IMG/VR virus record: IMGVR_UViG_3300048065_001187
Location: 86,767-150,766 of that record
Reading direction: 5' to 3' (one strand)
From: a virus
Length of the DNA: 64,000 nucleotides
Made by a program: the position numbers and the translations under genes. Shown one piece after another: positions 37,309 through 45,517 of the stretch (position 1 is its first letter; every line of letters starts with the position of its first letter). The notes under the pieces are model-generated. The model was not told where the DNA came from. It made no database searches and worked only from the letters and a program-made list of their open reading frames with translations.

Positions 37309-37480
37309 TTTCTCTCTCCTCTAGTTCTCTTTTAATTTGTGTTATTTCAGCCGCCGACATTTTTAAATATTGTTTCTTTGCAAGTATATACGCAGTCCTT
37401 ACTCTCAAATGAGGGTGAGCCATAAAATCCTTGTCCTCCAAGTGTTTTATTATTAAATAATTAATAACTTTCTCATCCAT
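37283..37480 (-). CDS. Hypothetical protein
   Basis: GTGTA 9 nt upstream of ATG 37480. Confidence 0.5.
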   Translation of the reverse strand: MDEKVINYLIIKHLEDKDFMAHPHLRVRTAYILAKKQYLKMSAAEITQIKRELEERENERYNKEE

Positions 37481-37567
37481 ATATATGGGTACACACAAAA
37501 AAAGTATTGACATTCTTTTGGTTATTTGACAGACTACAATTTTATCAATCATAAATATATATACAAA

Positions 37568-37741
37568 ATGAATACTAAATATGTAAAATTAACTGATCTA
37601 TGGAATAACGGAGAATATGCCGAGCTTGGACATATTATAAATAAAGAGGAATGGAAGCCTAGCGAAGTCGCTAAATTTTGTTCTTATTTCGCTAAATATT
37701 GCGGTCTTAATCAATTAAATATTCTTTATAAGTTTCTTTAA
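37568..37741 (+). CDS. Hypothetical protein
   Basis: ATG start, TAATG-coupled to the next ORF. Confidence 0.5.
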   Translation: MNTKYVKLTDLWNNGEYAELGHIINKEEWKPSEVAKFCSYFAKYCGLNQLNILYKFL

Positions 37742-38109
37742 TGGATAAGTTTGAATTAGCTTGGGATACATATGATTTCCATACTGCGATTGCTTGCGAG
37801 CTAGAAGGCAAGCATAGGTTGCTAGTAGATTCTTACCATAGATTTTTAGAAAATAATCTAAATCCTAGCCAAGCAAAGAAAACATATATTCGTAATAAAT
37901 TAAATAAATCCTTCAATTCGATACTTAGCACTTATAAAAAGCAACTAGATTCTATTGATGATTTAATTAAATATTATAAGACCGATAAAGATATTAGTAA
38001 TGTAAGAGAGTTGAATCCACAACTTTTATTTGATCTCAAGAATACTACCTCTACTTTAGTAGAAGAGTTGAAAGTATTCAGAAGAGAGATAAATGAAGTT
38101 TTGCGTTGA
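37741..38109 (+). CDS. Hypothetical helical protein
   Basis: ORF track. Confidence 0.55.
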   Translation: MDKFELAWDTYDFHTAIACELEGKHRLLVDSYHRFLENNLNPSQAKKTYIRNKLNKSFNSILSTYKKQLDSIDDLIKYYKTDKDISNVRELNPQLLFDLKNTTSTLVEELKVFRREINEVLR

Positions 38110-38143
38110 CAATGATTATTTTATTATATAGAGTGCTGTTATT

Positions 38144-38371
38144 ATGAAAAGAGGAAGACCAAAAGGATATAGTCCATATGTTGAAATTAAATACGAAGAC
38201 CTCGCTGATTGGGTCGGGCGCAAGACAAAAGTGCCCGTCCCAAGAAAGTGGCTTCAAGCTCTGATGGGTGAAGAAATAGAAGAGGATGAAAATACTCTTG
38301 ACAATACTCCCAAAAATGAGCATACTGAAGAGATTGTGCCGAAGATTGAATATACATTAACAAAATTCTAA
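38144..38371 (+). CDS. Small protein with an AT-hook-like RGRPKG motif
   Basis: TTGACA-N17-TAGAGT promoter at 38106. Directly upstream of ruvB. Confidence 0.6.
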   Translation: MKRGRPKGYSPYVEIKYEDLADWVGRKTKVPVPRKWLQALMGEEIEEDENTLDNTPKNEHTEEIVPKIEYTLTKF

Positions 38372-38372
38372 T

Positions 38373-39299
38373 ATGAGTAATTATTTTTCAGATTTAGTTG
38401 GTCAAGATGCAGTTAAAAGAAAGCTGACATTTTACCTTAATGCTTTCCATAAAACATCGCAAGCTCCATTTCTCTTGATGGCGGGTGCTAAAGGTTTAGG
38501 CAAAACAGAGTTCGCTAAAAACTTTGCCAAGAATCTCCACAATCAAGATGGTGAGAAGAGAGCATTTCTTGAATTAAATTGTTCAACCATAAAAAACAAT
38601 GAGCAATTCTTTGAGCAAATATTTTTGCCCTTGATTTGTGATAATGAGATAACTATTCTTTTTGATGAGTGTCACGAATTACCACAAGATTTGACAATGG
38701 CTTTCTTGAGTATTTTTAATACTGAATCAAATAGTCGTAAGAATTTTGAATGGAATGGAATGAATTTTGAATTTAATTTCATGAAGCAAACTTTTATCTT
38801 TGCCACTACTGAAACTGATAAAATATTTCCACCACTCAAAGATCGTCTTACCATAGTTGATTTTGAACCTTATAGTAAAAAAGAACTTGCAGAAATAGTT
38901 AAGCTTTGTGCCCCCGATATTTTCATAACCGATGAATGCATTCAAGAAGTCGCGACTACTATTCGGAGCAATGCTCGTAGTGCAGTAAAGCGTGCAAAGG
39001 AAATAAATCTTTATTGCGGGGCGAATGATAGTAATACTTTTGATGTTGATGATTTCAAAGAATTATCTGATACTATTGGTATTCTTCCTTTTGGATTGAC
39101 AAATACAGAGAAACAAGTATTAGAAATATTAAATGAGTGCGGTTCTGTGTCCTTAACAAGTCTCTCTGCGAAGCTAGGTCTTAGCCCTACCGCTGTTCGC
39201 AGGGATCATGAACTTTATCTCCTTAACAAAAACCTTATTGAAATAGATGGTAAACGTAAAATAACTTTTAATGGTAGAAAAATTTGCTCACAATTATGA
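38373..39299 (+). CDS. ruvB: Holliday junction branch-migration ATPase, RuvB-like
   Basis: LVGQ, GAKGLGKT, FDECH, ATT, PLKDR and a C-terminal winged helix. Confidence 0.82.
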   Translation: MSNYFSDLVGQDAVKRKLTFYLNAFHKTSQAPFLLMAGAKGLGKTEFAKNFAKNLHNQDGEKRAFLELNCSTIKNNEQFFEQIFLPLICDNEITILFDECHELPQDLTMAFLSIFNTESNSRKNFEWNGMNFEFNFMKQTFIFATTETDKIFPPLKDRLTIVDFEPYSKKELAEIVKLCAPDIFITDECIQEVATTIRSNARSAVKRAKEINLYCGANDSNTFDVDDFKELSDTIGILPFGLTNTEKQVLEILNECGSVSLTSLSAKLGLSPTAVRRDHELYLLNKNLIEIDGKRKITFNGRKICSQL

Positions 39300-39469
39300 A
39301 TAAAGACGAAAGAGAAAAGCTACGACAAGAAGTTTATGAGCTTTGGTATAACGAAAAAGATGTGAATAAGAAAGAAACCTTGCAAAGAGTTTTAGATTTA
39401 ATTGATTTTACAAACCAATCCATGAAAAAACTCAGAGAAGTTTCTAGCATATTTTCATCAATGTTATGA
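39296..39469 (+). CDS. Hypothetical protein
   Basis: ATGA-coupled to ruvB. Confidence 0.45.
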   Translation: MNKDEREKLRQEVYELWYNEKDVNKKETLQRVLDLIDFTNQSMKKLREVSSIFSSML

Positions 39470-39624
39470 AAGAACAAGAAAAAATTTATTTAAAATGTGC
39501 AGAAGAGCTAAATGAATTAGCTACTAGATTATTGCAACAAGTCAATAAAAATAAAGACTATACTCAGCAAATAAAGCAAGAATTAGAAGATGTAGAAAAA
39601 CAAATAAAATTGCTAAAAAAAATT

Positions 39625-40461
39625 TTAGAGTAAAGCGATATCAAAGTCAGCATTAACTGATCCATTATTACCATTAGCACTAATAACATTAAATATTATA
39701 TCTGATTTCGGCTCTAATTTTAATGGAAATGGGTAATCTTCTTGAATCGAATAATCTGTTCCTGCTGATGTTCTAGCAAGCACTCTAAATACTTTGTCTT
39801 TTTCTCTCACGTGTATGTCTATTGTGAATCCGATTGCCGATGAACTACCTGTGTTTTGTGCAGTAATTGTGTGCTTCAGTAAGTAACCTGTGCAGTCAGC
39901 AGGAATTGTGTATAAAGCCATTAATGTTTGATTGTTACCTGCTAAAATTTTAGCATACGTATTTACTGACCCTTTGATAGATATATCTCCAACCAAGTCA
40001 TCTACACCATTATTATATGCTCTAAAAACTCTTGACCATTTGCCCGAAAGAGCCAAAGGGGTAGTTCCTGTCAAAGTAATTTCTTCTTCTTTTTCTTCAA
40101 AATTCTCATTTAAACCTATGACAACAATTTTTTCGGTATCCGCGTTTTCTGATGAAACTATCGTTAAAGATTCCCCTGCATCGTTTGGAAATATATATTT
40201 CCCATTAGCTACTGATACTTCTGATGATTGATCGCAAATTGTATATGGTTGATCTTGGCTTACAGAGCCTGAGATTCGTTTAACACTTCCAAATTTATGT
40301 ACAAAGTTTTTCGCATTACTTAAAATGTAGCTTGACGTAATACTAGACTCTGATTGAGGAATCCAATTTGAGTCACTTTCATCCCACACATAATTAAAAT
40401 TTATATTTGTATTTCTTTCGTGTGCAAACGGATTTGTATTTGGATATTTTTGATTTGACAT
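39625..40461 (-). CDS. Beta-rich phage protein, probably structural
   Basis: VHKFG, VIGLNENF and EEITLTGTT motifs. GTGTA motif upstream. Confidence 0.55.
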   Translation of the reverse strand: MSNQKYPNTNPFAHERNTNINFNYVWDESDSNWIPQSESSITSSYILSNAKNFVHKFGSVKRISGSVSQDQPYTICDQSSEVSVANGKYIFPNDAGESLTIVSSENADTEKIVVIGLNENFEEKEEEITLTGTTPLALSGKWSRVFRAYNNGVDDLVGDISIKGSVNTYAKILAGNNQTLMALYTIPADCTGYLLKHTITAQNTGSSSAIGFTIDIHVREKDKVFRVLARTSAGTDYSIQEDYPFPLKLEPKSDIIFNVISANGNNGSVNADFDIALL

Positions 40462-40572
40462 ATTGCTTAATATATATTACACTTCTTTTTTTATGTTTAA
40501 ATATTTCAAATATTACAATTGGGGGTTGACATTAATCATTTTATTAGTTATTATGATATTTTTATGGGTTAA

Positions 40573-40722
40573 ATGAAATATGAAATAGATATATCAGAAG
40601 AAGATTTGGCAAATTGCTATACAAATCAATGGGTACTAGAATGGTGCAAGAAATATCACCCCGAAGCATTTGAAAAAGCAAAAGAGTTTATAAAAAAATA
40701 CATGGAAGAAGATGAAGAATAA
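40573..40722 (+). CDS. Small hypothetical protein
   Basis: MKYEIDISEE...WCKKYHPEAF. TTGACA-N17-TATTAT at 40526. Confidence 0.5.
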   Translation: MKYEIDISEEDLANCYTNQWVLEWCKKYHPEAFEKAKEFIKKYMEEDEE

Positions 40723-41065
40723 ATGGTGGATATTATTATTGTTTACATTTGGTTGTCAATCGAGTAAGGTTGAAGAAGAAATTGATTTACCTCCACCTCC
40801 GCCATTACCTACGCATTTTCTCATTCCAAATGCTCCACCAAATTTTATACCCGATATAAGAGAAATCCAAATAAACTCTGTACCTCATCCATTTCGTATT
40901 TCGGGGACATATGTCGTTTGGGTTAATAAAAAAAAGTTGAACTTAAATAAGCACCAAGTCGATCAATTAGTAAAGCATTTAGATTTGTCAATGGAAATAC
41001 CAAAGAATACAGCCCAAATACATAGCGGAGAAGGATGGTTATTTCCTTTTGATATAGATGAGTGA
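40712..41065 (+). CDS. Proline-rich lipoprotein
   Basis: LLFTFGC lipobox and PPPPPLP. Confidence 0.6.
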   Translation: MKNKWWILLLFTFGCQSSKVEEEIDLPPPPPLPTHFLIPNAPPNFIPDIREIQINSVPHPFRISGTYVVWVNKKKLNLNKHQVDQLVKHLDLSMEIPKNTAQIHSGEGWLFPFDIDE

Positions 41066-41468
41066 AAAAGATTTACCCGATAATGTCGCACCAAATCCTC
41101 ACTCATTACCTTATGCAAGTAATTTAGGCGCTCCTGTCATTCGCCCCGATCATAGTCTTGGTGGATGGAAATTAGGTGCAGTACATACTGCAAATAAACA
41201 CTACGAAGAGCGATTTAATAAATTAAAACAAGAGTTTGAGGGGTTAGCGGAAGATTACAAGTGGAATCAAATAATATTTAACGCAGAGATGCGCTTCAAA
41301 CCTGTTATTGGTAAGGAATATTTTTTATATAAAAAGAGTGATGGAAGTTTTTACTTGACTTTATTTGCCCCTCATGAGAAGATAGGTGGAAATGAAGGAT
41401 ACCAAGGTAAATTTAGACTTAATTATGATAATAGATGGGAGCAAATAAAATGTGGAACTACCGAATAA
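41058..41468 (+). CDS. DUF2452-like protein
   Basis: LPYASNLGAP...A..RFKPVIGKEYFLY motif. Confidence 0.65.
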   Translation: MSEKDLPDNVAPNPHSLPYASNLGAPVIRPDHSLGGWKLGAVHTANKHYEERFNKLKQEFEGLAEDYKWNQIIFNAEMRFKPVIGKEYFLYKKSDGSFYLTLFAPHEKIGGNEGYQGKFRLNYDNRWEQIKCGTTE

Positions 41469-41731
41469 TACAAACTAAACCTAAAGAATATGGGTTATAT
41501 GAAGTTATCTATAATGAAGATGGAGATATTTCTGCTTATACAGAAAACCCCGAAGTTATAGCGGAAAGCCCCGAAGATTTACTTTTGAGTCTTAGGCTTA
41601 TGCTAGATGATGCGCAAAAATCTTACAATAATATCTTAAAATCAGATGAAATAGAATTTGCCCCTCTTTACGATGAAAGTGAGATGAGTGAAGCAATGAC
41701 TATTGAAGAATTTAAAAACATAAACTCATAA
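41450..41731 (+). CDS. Phage hypothetical protein (WNYRI...EVIY)
   Basis: Recurrent phage-type motif. Confidence 0.6.
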   Translation: MWNYRIIQTKPKEYGLYEVIYNEDGDISAYTENPEVIAESPEDLLLSLRLMLDDAQKSYNNILKSDEIEFAPLYDESEMSEAMTIEEFKNINS

Positions 41732-41907
41732 GTAAAAACATTGTATCTACTACAATATCTCTTTCTAAAAAAAATAAAGATAAAGATACTATAATATACA
41801 AACTTCTTTCAAAATCAGCGTCCACTACTTATGAGGATAGCATATTACTGCAATCGCTGAAACAATAGATAGCCACAGAAATACATCCCACAATTCCATT
41901 ATCAAGC

Positions 41908-42141
41908 TCATTTGTTTAATTTTTCGTAAATCTTGTGGATGTCTTGCCTTCTGTCTTCTAATAGTTTTGATGTTTGATCCCATCTTTCTGCATCTCTAGC
42001 GCCATTTTTTGCTAAACTTACCTCTATTTCTCTTAATTTTGTAGAAACTTTTTCTATTTTAATACTTTCTCGTTTTAAATAAAAAGCTATAATGGATACC
42101 ATCGCTCCAATCCCTAATATAATAATTTTTTCTATCTCCAT
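41908..42141 (-). CDS. Single-TM coiled-coil protein (holin/XhlA-like architecture)
   Basis: N-terminal TM then coiled coil. GTGTA 9 nt upstream. Confidence 0.5.
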   Translation of the reverse strand: MEIEKIIILGIGAMVSIIAFYLKRESIKIEKVSTKLREIEVSLAKNGARDAERWDQTSKLLEDRRQDIHKIYEKLNK

Positions 42142-42163
42142 AATAATAAATACACATAAAGGC

Positions 42164-42192
42164 TTGACAAGAGTTTCTTTATAGGCTAAAGT
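42164..42192 (+). promoter_or_regulatory. sigma70-type promoter, leaderless spacing
   Basis: TTGACA-N17-TAAAGT, ATG 6 nt downstream. Confidence 0.7.
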
Positions 42193-42198
42193 ACAATC

Positions 42199-43206
42199 AT
42201 GACACAAATACTAGGACTAACTTGCATAAGTGAAATACTAAAAGAAAAGGATAAAGCAAAATATTCTTTTCGCACAATGACTCGCAAACGCTTTAATGAT
42301 TTGTGTAACCAAGAAGGTAGAGATGAAGCAGTCAATCAATTATCTGAAAGAATTTTGCACAATGTTATTGTTACTCAATATATTGTCAATCATTGTCATT
42401 CCTCAAATCTTAGGCATTATCGTCTTAGTTCTGCTCTTTTTCCTCTCCTTACCGACCAAACTTTGGATATTTCTCTTGAAGATTTACCGCACAAAGCAAG
42501 AATAGAACAAGAGCTAAAGTTAGTAGGTTTAATTGCGGAAAAGTTTGATATATCAATTGGTTCTCACCCCGATCAATTTAATGTTCTTGCATCTCCCGAT
42601 AGAGACAAAGTTAATCGTACAATAAACGAACTTAATTTTCAAGCAAGCGTTCTTGATATGATTGGTTTACCTCAAGATCATACTGCACCAATGAATATTC
42701 ATATTAACTATTCGCCAAAAGAAGATGAAACATTGGAAGTTGTTGCTACTAGATTTTTTCGCAACCTTTCTATGTGTGATAAAGGTGTTTACAAGCGTCT
42801 TACTATTGAAAACGAAGACAAAGGTTTCTTTAATGTAGATAACTGCATGGCATTTAGTGATTACTTGTTTAAAACATTTGGTGCAATGATCCCTGTTTGT
42901 TTTGACAACTTACATCATATGTGCAACCCATCAGAAGAGTCTTGTATTAAGTGGCAAGCCGAGCGTTGTGCATATACTTGGGTTAGTCAAGGGGATGGTG
43001 ACAGCAATTTCATTGCTCCTGTCTTTCATTGGTCAGAAGGCAATCCACAAAAACCTCGCTCTCATGCAGATTATTTTTCTTTTATGAATGCTCCACCATA
43101 CATTGCTATTGAACCTAACAAACCTGTGAAGTGGGAATGTGAAGTTAAGCAAAAAGACAAAGCAATTCAAGTCTTGCGAAATAATCTAGCAGAAAAAAGC
43201 GCGTGA
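42199..43206 (+). CDS. uvsE: UV-damage endonuclease UvsE
   Basis: HPDQF, NIH, LTIENED, FDNLHH, FHWSE, RSHAD and EVKQKD catalytic motifs are intact. Confidence 0.92.
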   Translation: MTQILGLTCISEILKEKDKAKYSFRTMTRKRFNDLCNQEGRDEAVNQLSERILHNVIVTQYIVNHCHSSNLRHYRLSSALFPLLTDQTLDISLEDLPHKARIEQELKLVGLIAEKFDISIGSHPDQFNVLASPDRDKVNRTINELNFQASVLDMIGLPQDHTAPMNIHINYSPKEDETLEVVATRFFRNLSMCDKGVYKRLTIENEDKGFFNVDNCMAFSDYLFKTFGAMIPVCFDNLHHMCNPSEESCIKWQAERCAYTWVSQGDGDSNFIAPVFHWSEGNPQKPRSHADYFSFMNAPPYIAIEPNKPVKWECEVKQKDKAIQVLRNNLAEKSA

Positions 43207-43280
43207 TCAATTATTTAATTAATATTTTATTTATTTTGGCAATCGTAGCATTTAGTTGTTTATTAATGCTTGACTCTTGA
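43203..43280 (+). CDS. 25-aa membrane micropeptide
   Basis: MINYLINILFILAIVAFSCLLMLDS, GTGA-coupled. Confidence 0.4.
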   Translation: MINYLINILFILAIVAFSCLLMLDS

Positions 43281-43304
43281 TTAACAATTTGCTAAGGTGT
43301 TGCT

Positions 43305-43784
43305 ATGGTAAAAATAATAGATGGCAATCTTCTTAATTTTCCAAATGGCATTGACTTTATAGCTCATTCATGCAACACTCATAATGTTATGGGGGCAGGA
43401 ATTGCTAGGGAAATAAAATATCGCTACCCTAATGCTTACTCTGCTGATTGTCATGCAATGATGGATGGTGATAATGTTTTGGGCGGTTTTAGTTTTTCGG
43501 TGACTGATGCTACTCAAAGCAAAGGTATCTACAATATGTATACCCAAGATAAAATCGGGGGCAAAAGAGCAGTTAATTATGAAGCATTTTATGTTGCATT
43601 GAATAAAGTAGCGGGTCATATCGAATGGCAATCCAAGCATGAAGAAGTAGAAAAGACTTTAGGCTTGCCTTGGGGTATTTCTTGTGGACTCGCAGGGGGA
43701 AGTTGGAATGTAATTTTTTCAATGATAAATGATATTTTGATTGACAGAAAGTTTAAAACATATATCGTTAAGTATGATGAATGA
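43305..43784 (+). CDS. Macrodomain (ADP-ribose binding/hydrolase) protein
   Basis: GNLL, AHSCN...MGAGIA and ISCGLAGG motifs. TTGACT-N17-TAAGGT promoter. Confidence 0.85.
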   Translation: MVKIIDGNLLNFPNGIDFIAHSCNTHNVMGAGIAREIKYRYPNAYSADCHAMMDGDNVLGGFSFSVTDATQSKGIYNMYTQDKIGGKRAVNYEAFYVALNKVAGHIEWQSKHEEVEKTLGLPWGISCGLAGGSWNVIFSMINDILIDRKFKTYIVKYDE

Positions 43785-44565
43785 ATTGGATTCTAGGTTT
43801 CTTGCTCCTTTTGGAGATGTCCTTCCTTGTTTACATCAGCATATAGTATCAAATTATCATCCATCGTTGCTTGATGATGTTTGGGATGATCAAGTGAGAG
43901 AGCTTGAATTATATATGAATGAATATGGAAACAAGAAGATTGCGCCTGCAAATTTTCACTTTGCACAAGATATAATTCTCTTATCTTTACTATGTTTGCA
44001 TACTAATTATCAATTTTTATCTAAAAATGATTTTAAAAAATGGATAAATTCTCGATATTACTTAAAAAGTTTTGATTTTCAACCTCAAAGTTACGCATAT
44101 ATTGAATTTTATATTCATCACGATAATAAAATGTTTTTCTACATAGGTAAAGGAACAGAAAAAAGGGTTAAACAACATACAGCGAATGGCGGTCAAAATT
44201 TATTTCATAAACAGCAAAGAGTTAAAGTATTCTCTATTGAGGTTTTAGCCTTTTTGGATTTCCCAAAATTACCATTTTTTTACGAAAATCTTTTTTATAA
44301 TCATTTTGCTTATTTATGCGAAGAGTTGCAATCAAATTTTGATTTTACTTTTGATCTTGAGTTTAAAGGTCGTCACTATTCTGATTATAATTACTCTGAT
44401 GACATGGTTGATTTGTTTTGTGCAAATTCAGCTTACTTGAAGTCTAAATTAGAAAAAACTGCTTCGGTTTTAGGAGAGATTCATAAGCAATATTTTTCAT
44501 ATGAATTTAGTAAAATCTCAAATGATATTAAAAAAGTCTTGACAGAAAATTTAAAACGTATATAG
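43774..44565 (+). CDS. GIY-YIG-like (LEM-3 type) nuclease domain protein
   Basis: YAY...FFYIGKGTEKRVKQH...YE motif. Confidence 0.55.
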   Translation: MMNELDSRFLAPFGDVLPCLHQHIVSNYHPSLLDDVWDDQVRELELYMNEYGNKKIAPANFHFAQDIILLSLLCLHTNYQFLSKNDFKKWINSRYYLKSFDFQPQSYAYIEFYIHHDNKMFFYIGKGTEKRVKQHTANGGQNLFHKQQRVKVFSIEVLAFLDFPKLPFFYENLFYNHFAYLCEELQSNFDFTFDLEFKGRHYSDYNYSDDMVDLFCANSAYLKSKLEKTASVLGEIHKQYFSYEFSKISNDIKKVLTENLKRI

Positions 44566-44574
44566 TTAGATACC

Positions 44575-45480
44575 ATGACTGATGTAAATACAAACGAACT
44601 TATCAGAAGTTCATATGTTAATTCAATTGGTGACCTTACTTTAAATCAGGATCATCAAACTATACAACAACGACTCAATGAAGCTAGCGAAAAAGACCAT
44701 CTCAAACAAGAGAGAGAGGAGAATGAGAGGATTAAAGCGGATTTGTTCAAAAGAATGGCAGACCTGAAAAGCAAAGAAGAATCATTGACTAAATTAGAGA
44801 ATTCATTAAAAACCAGGGAAATTGCGCTAAATTCCAATCAGCAATCTCTTCAGCAGAAAATAAATGAACACAAAAAGGAAAAGAAAAAATATGAACAAGA
44901 TACGAAAAAACAAATAGATCATAGAAATAAAATATCAGAAAACCTTAATGAAAGATCGAGATCGCTCAATCAAAAAGAAGAAAACCTTAAAGAAAAATCG
45001 CGAGTGCTTGATAATAGAGAAAAGAGATTAGAAACTAGAGAAGTTATCGCAAACCAAAATTCATTAGGAGTTCAAGTGCTTGAGCACAAGTTAACTGAAA
45101 TCGAAAGTAGGCTTACAGAAGGTTTTTTGGAGATAGATGAAAAAATTGATTCAATTACTTTACCTCAAAAGAAAAAGCTAACCAAAGAAAAAAGTAATCA
45201 CAATCAAATAGACTTTTTGAGTGATAAGCAAAGTATATCTTTACCCGAAGATTATGTATTCTCTTTGCAGGATGGTGAAGAGCTTGGTAAGTGCGAAAAT
45301 CTTCAAGATTTCATTAGCGGAATTGGTCGCGCAAAAATCACAGGCAACATTGATGACTTTCTTGCAGATTTCAATTTCTATTTCCACGATGAAGGCGAAC
45401 CTTTCTTTGAGGTCAATATCGCAGAACTCCACGAAAATACCCAAAAAGACCTAATTGAAACTTTTTTAAAAAATACTTGA
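44575..45480 (+). CDS. Long coiled-coil protein
   Basis: Heptad-rich E/K/Q region with an acidic C-terminal domain. Confidence 0.65.
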   Translation: MTDVNTNELIRSSYVNSIGDLTLNQDHQTIQQRLNEASEKDHLKQEREENERIKADLFKRMADLKSKEESLTKLENSLKTREIALNSNQQSLQQKINEHKKEKKKYEQDTKKQIDHRNKISENLNERSRSLNQKEENLKEKSRVLDNREKRLETREVIANQNSLGVQVLEHKLTEIESRLTEGFLEIDEKIDSITLPQKKKLTKEKSNHNQIDFLSDKQSISLPEDYVFSLQDGEELGKCENLQDFISGIGRAKITGNIDDFLADFNFYFHDEGEPFFEVNIAELHENTQKDLIETFLKNT

Positions 45481-45517
45481 CTTATAAAAATTAACCATTT
45501 ATACTGATAATCATATT

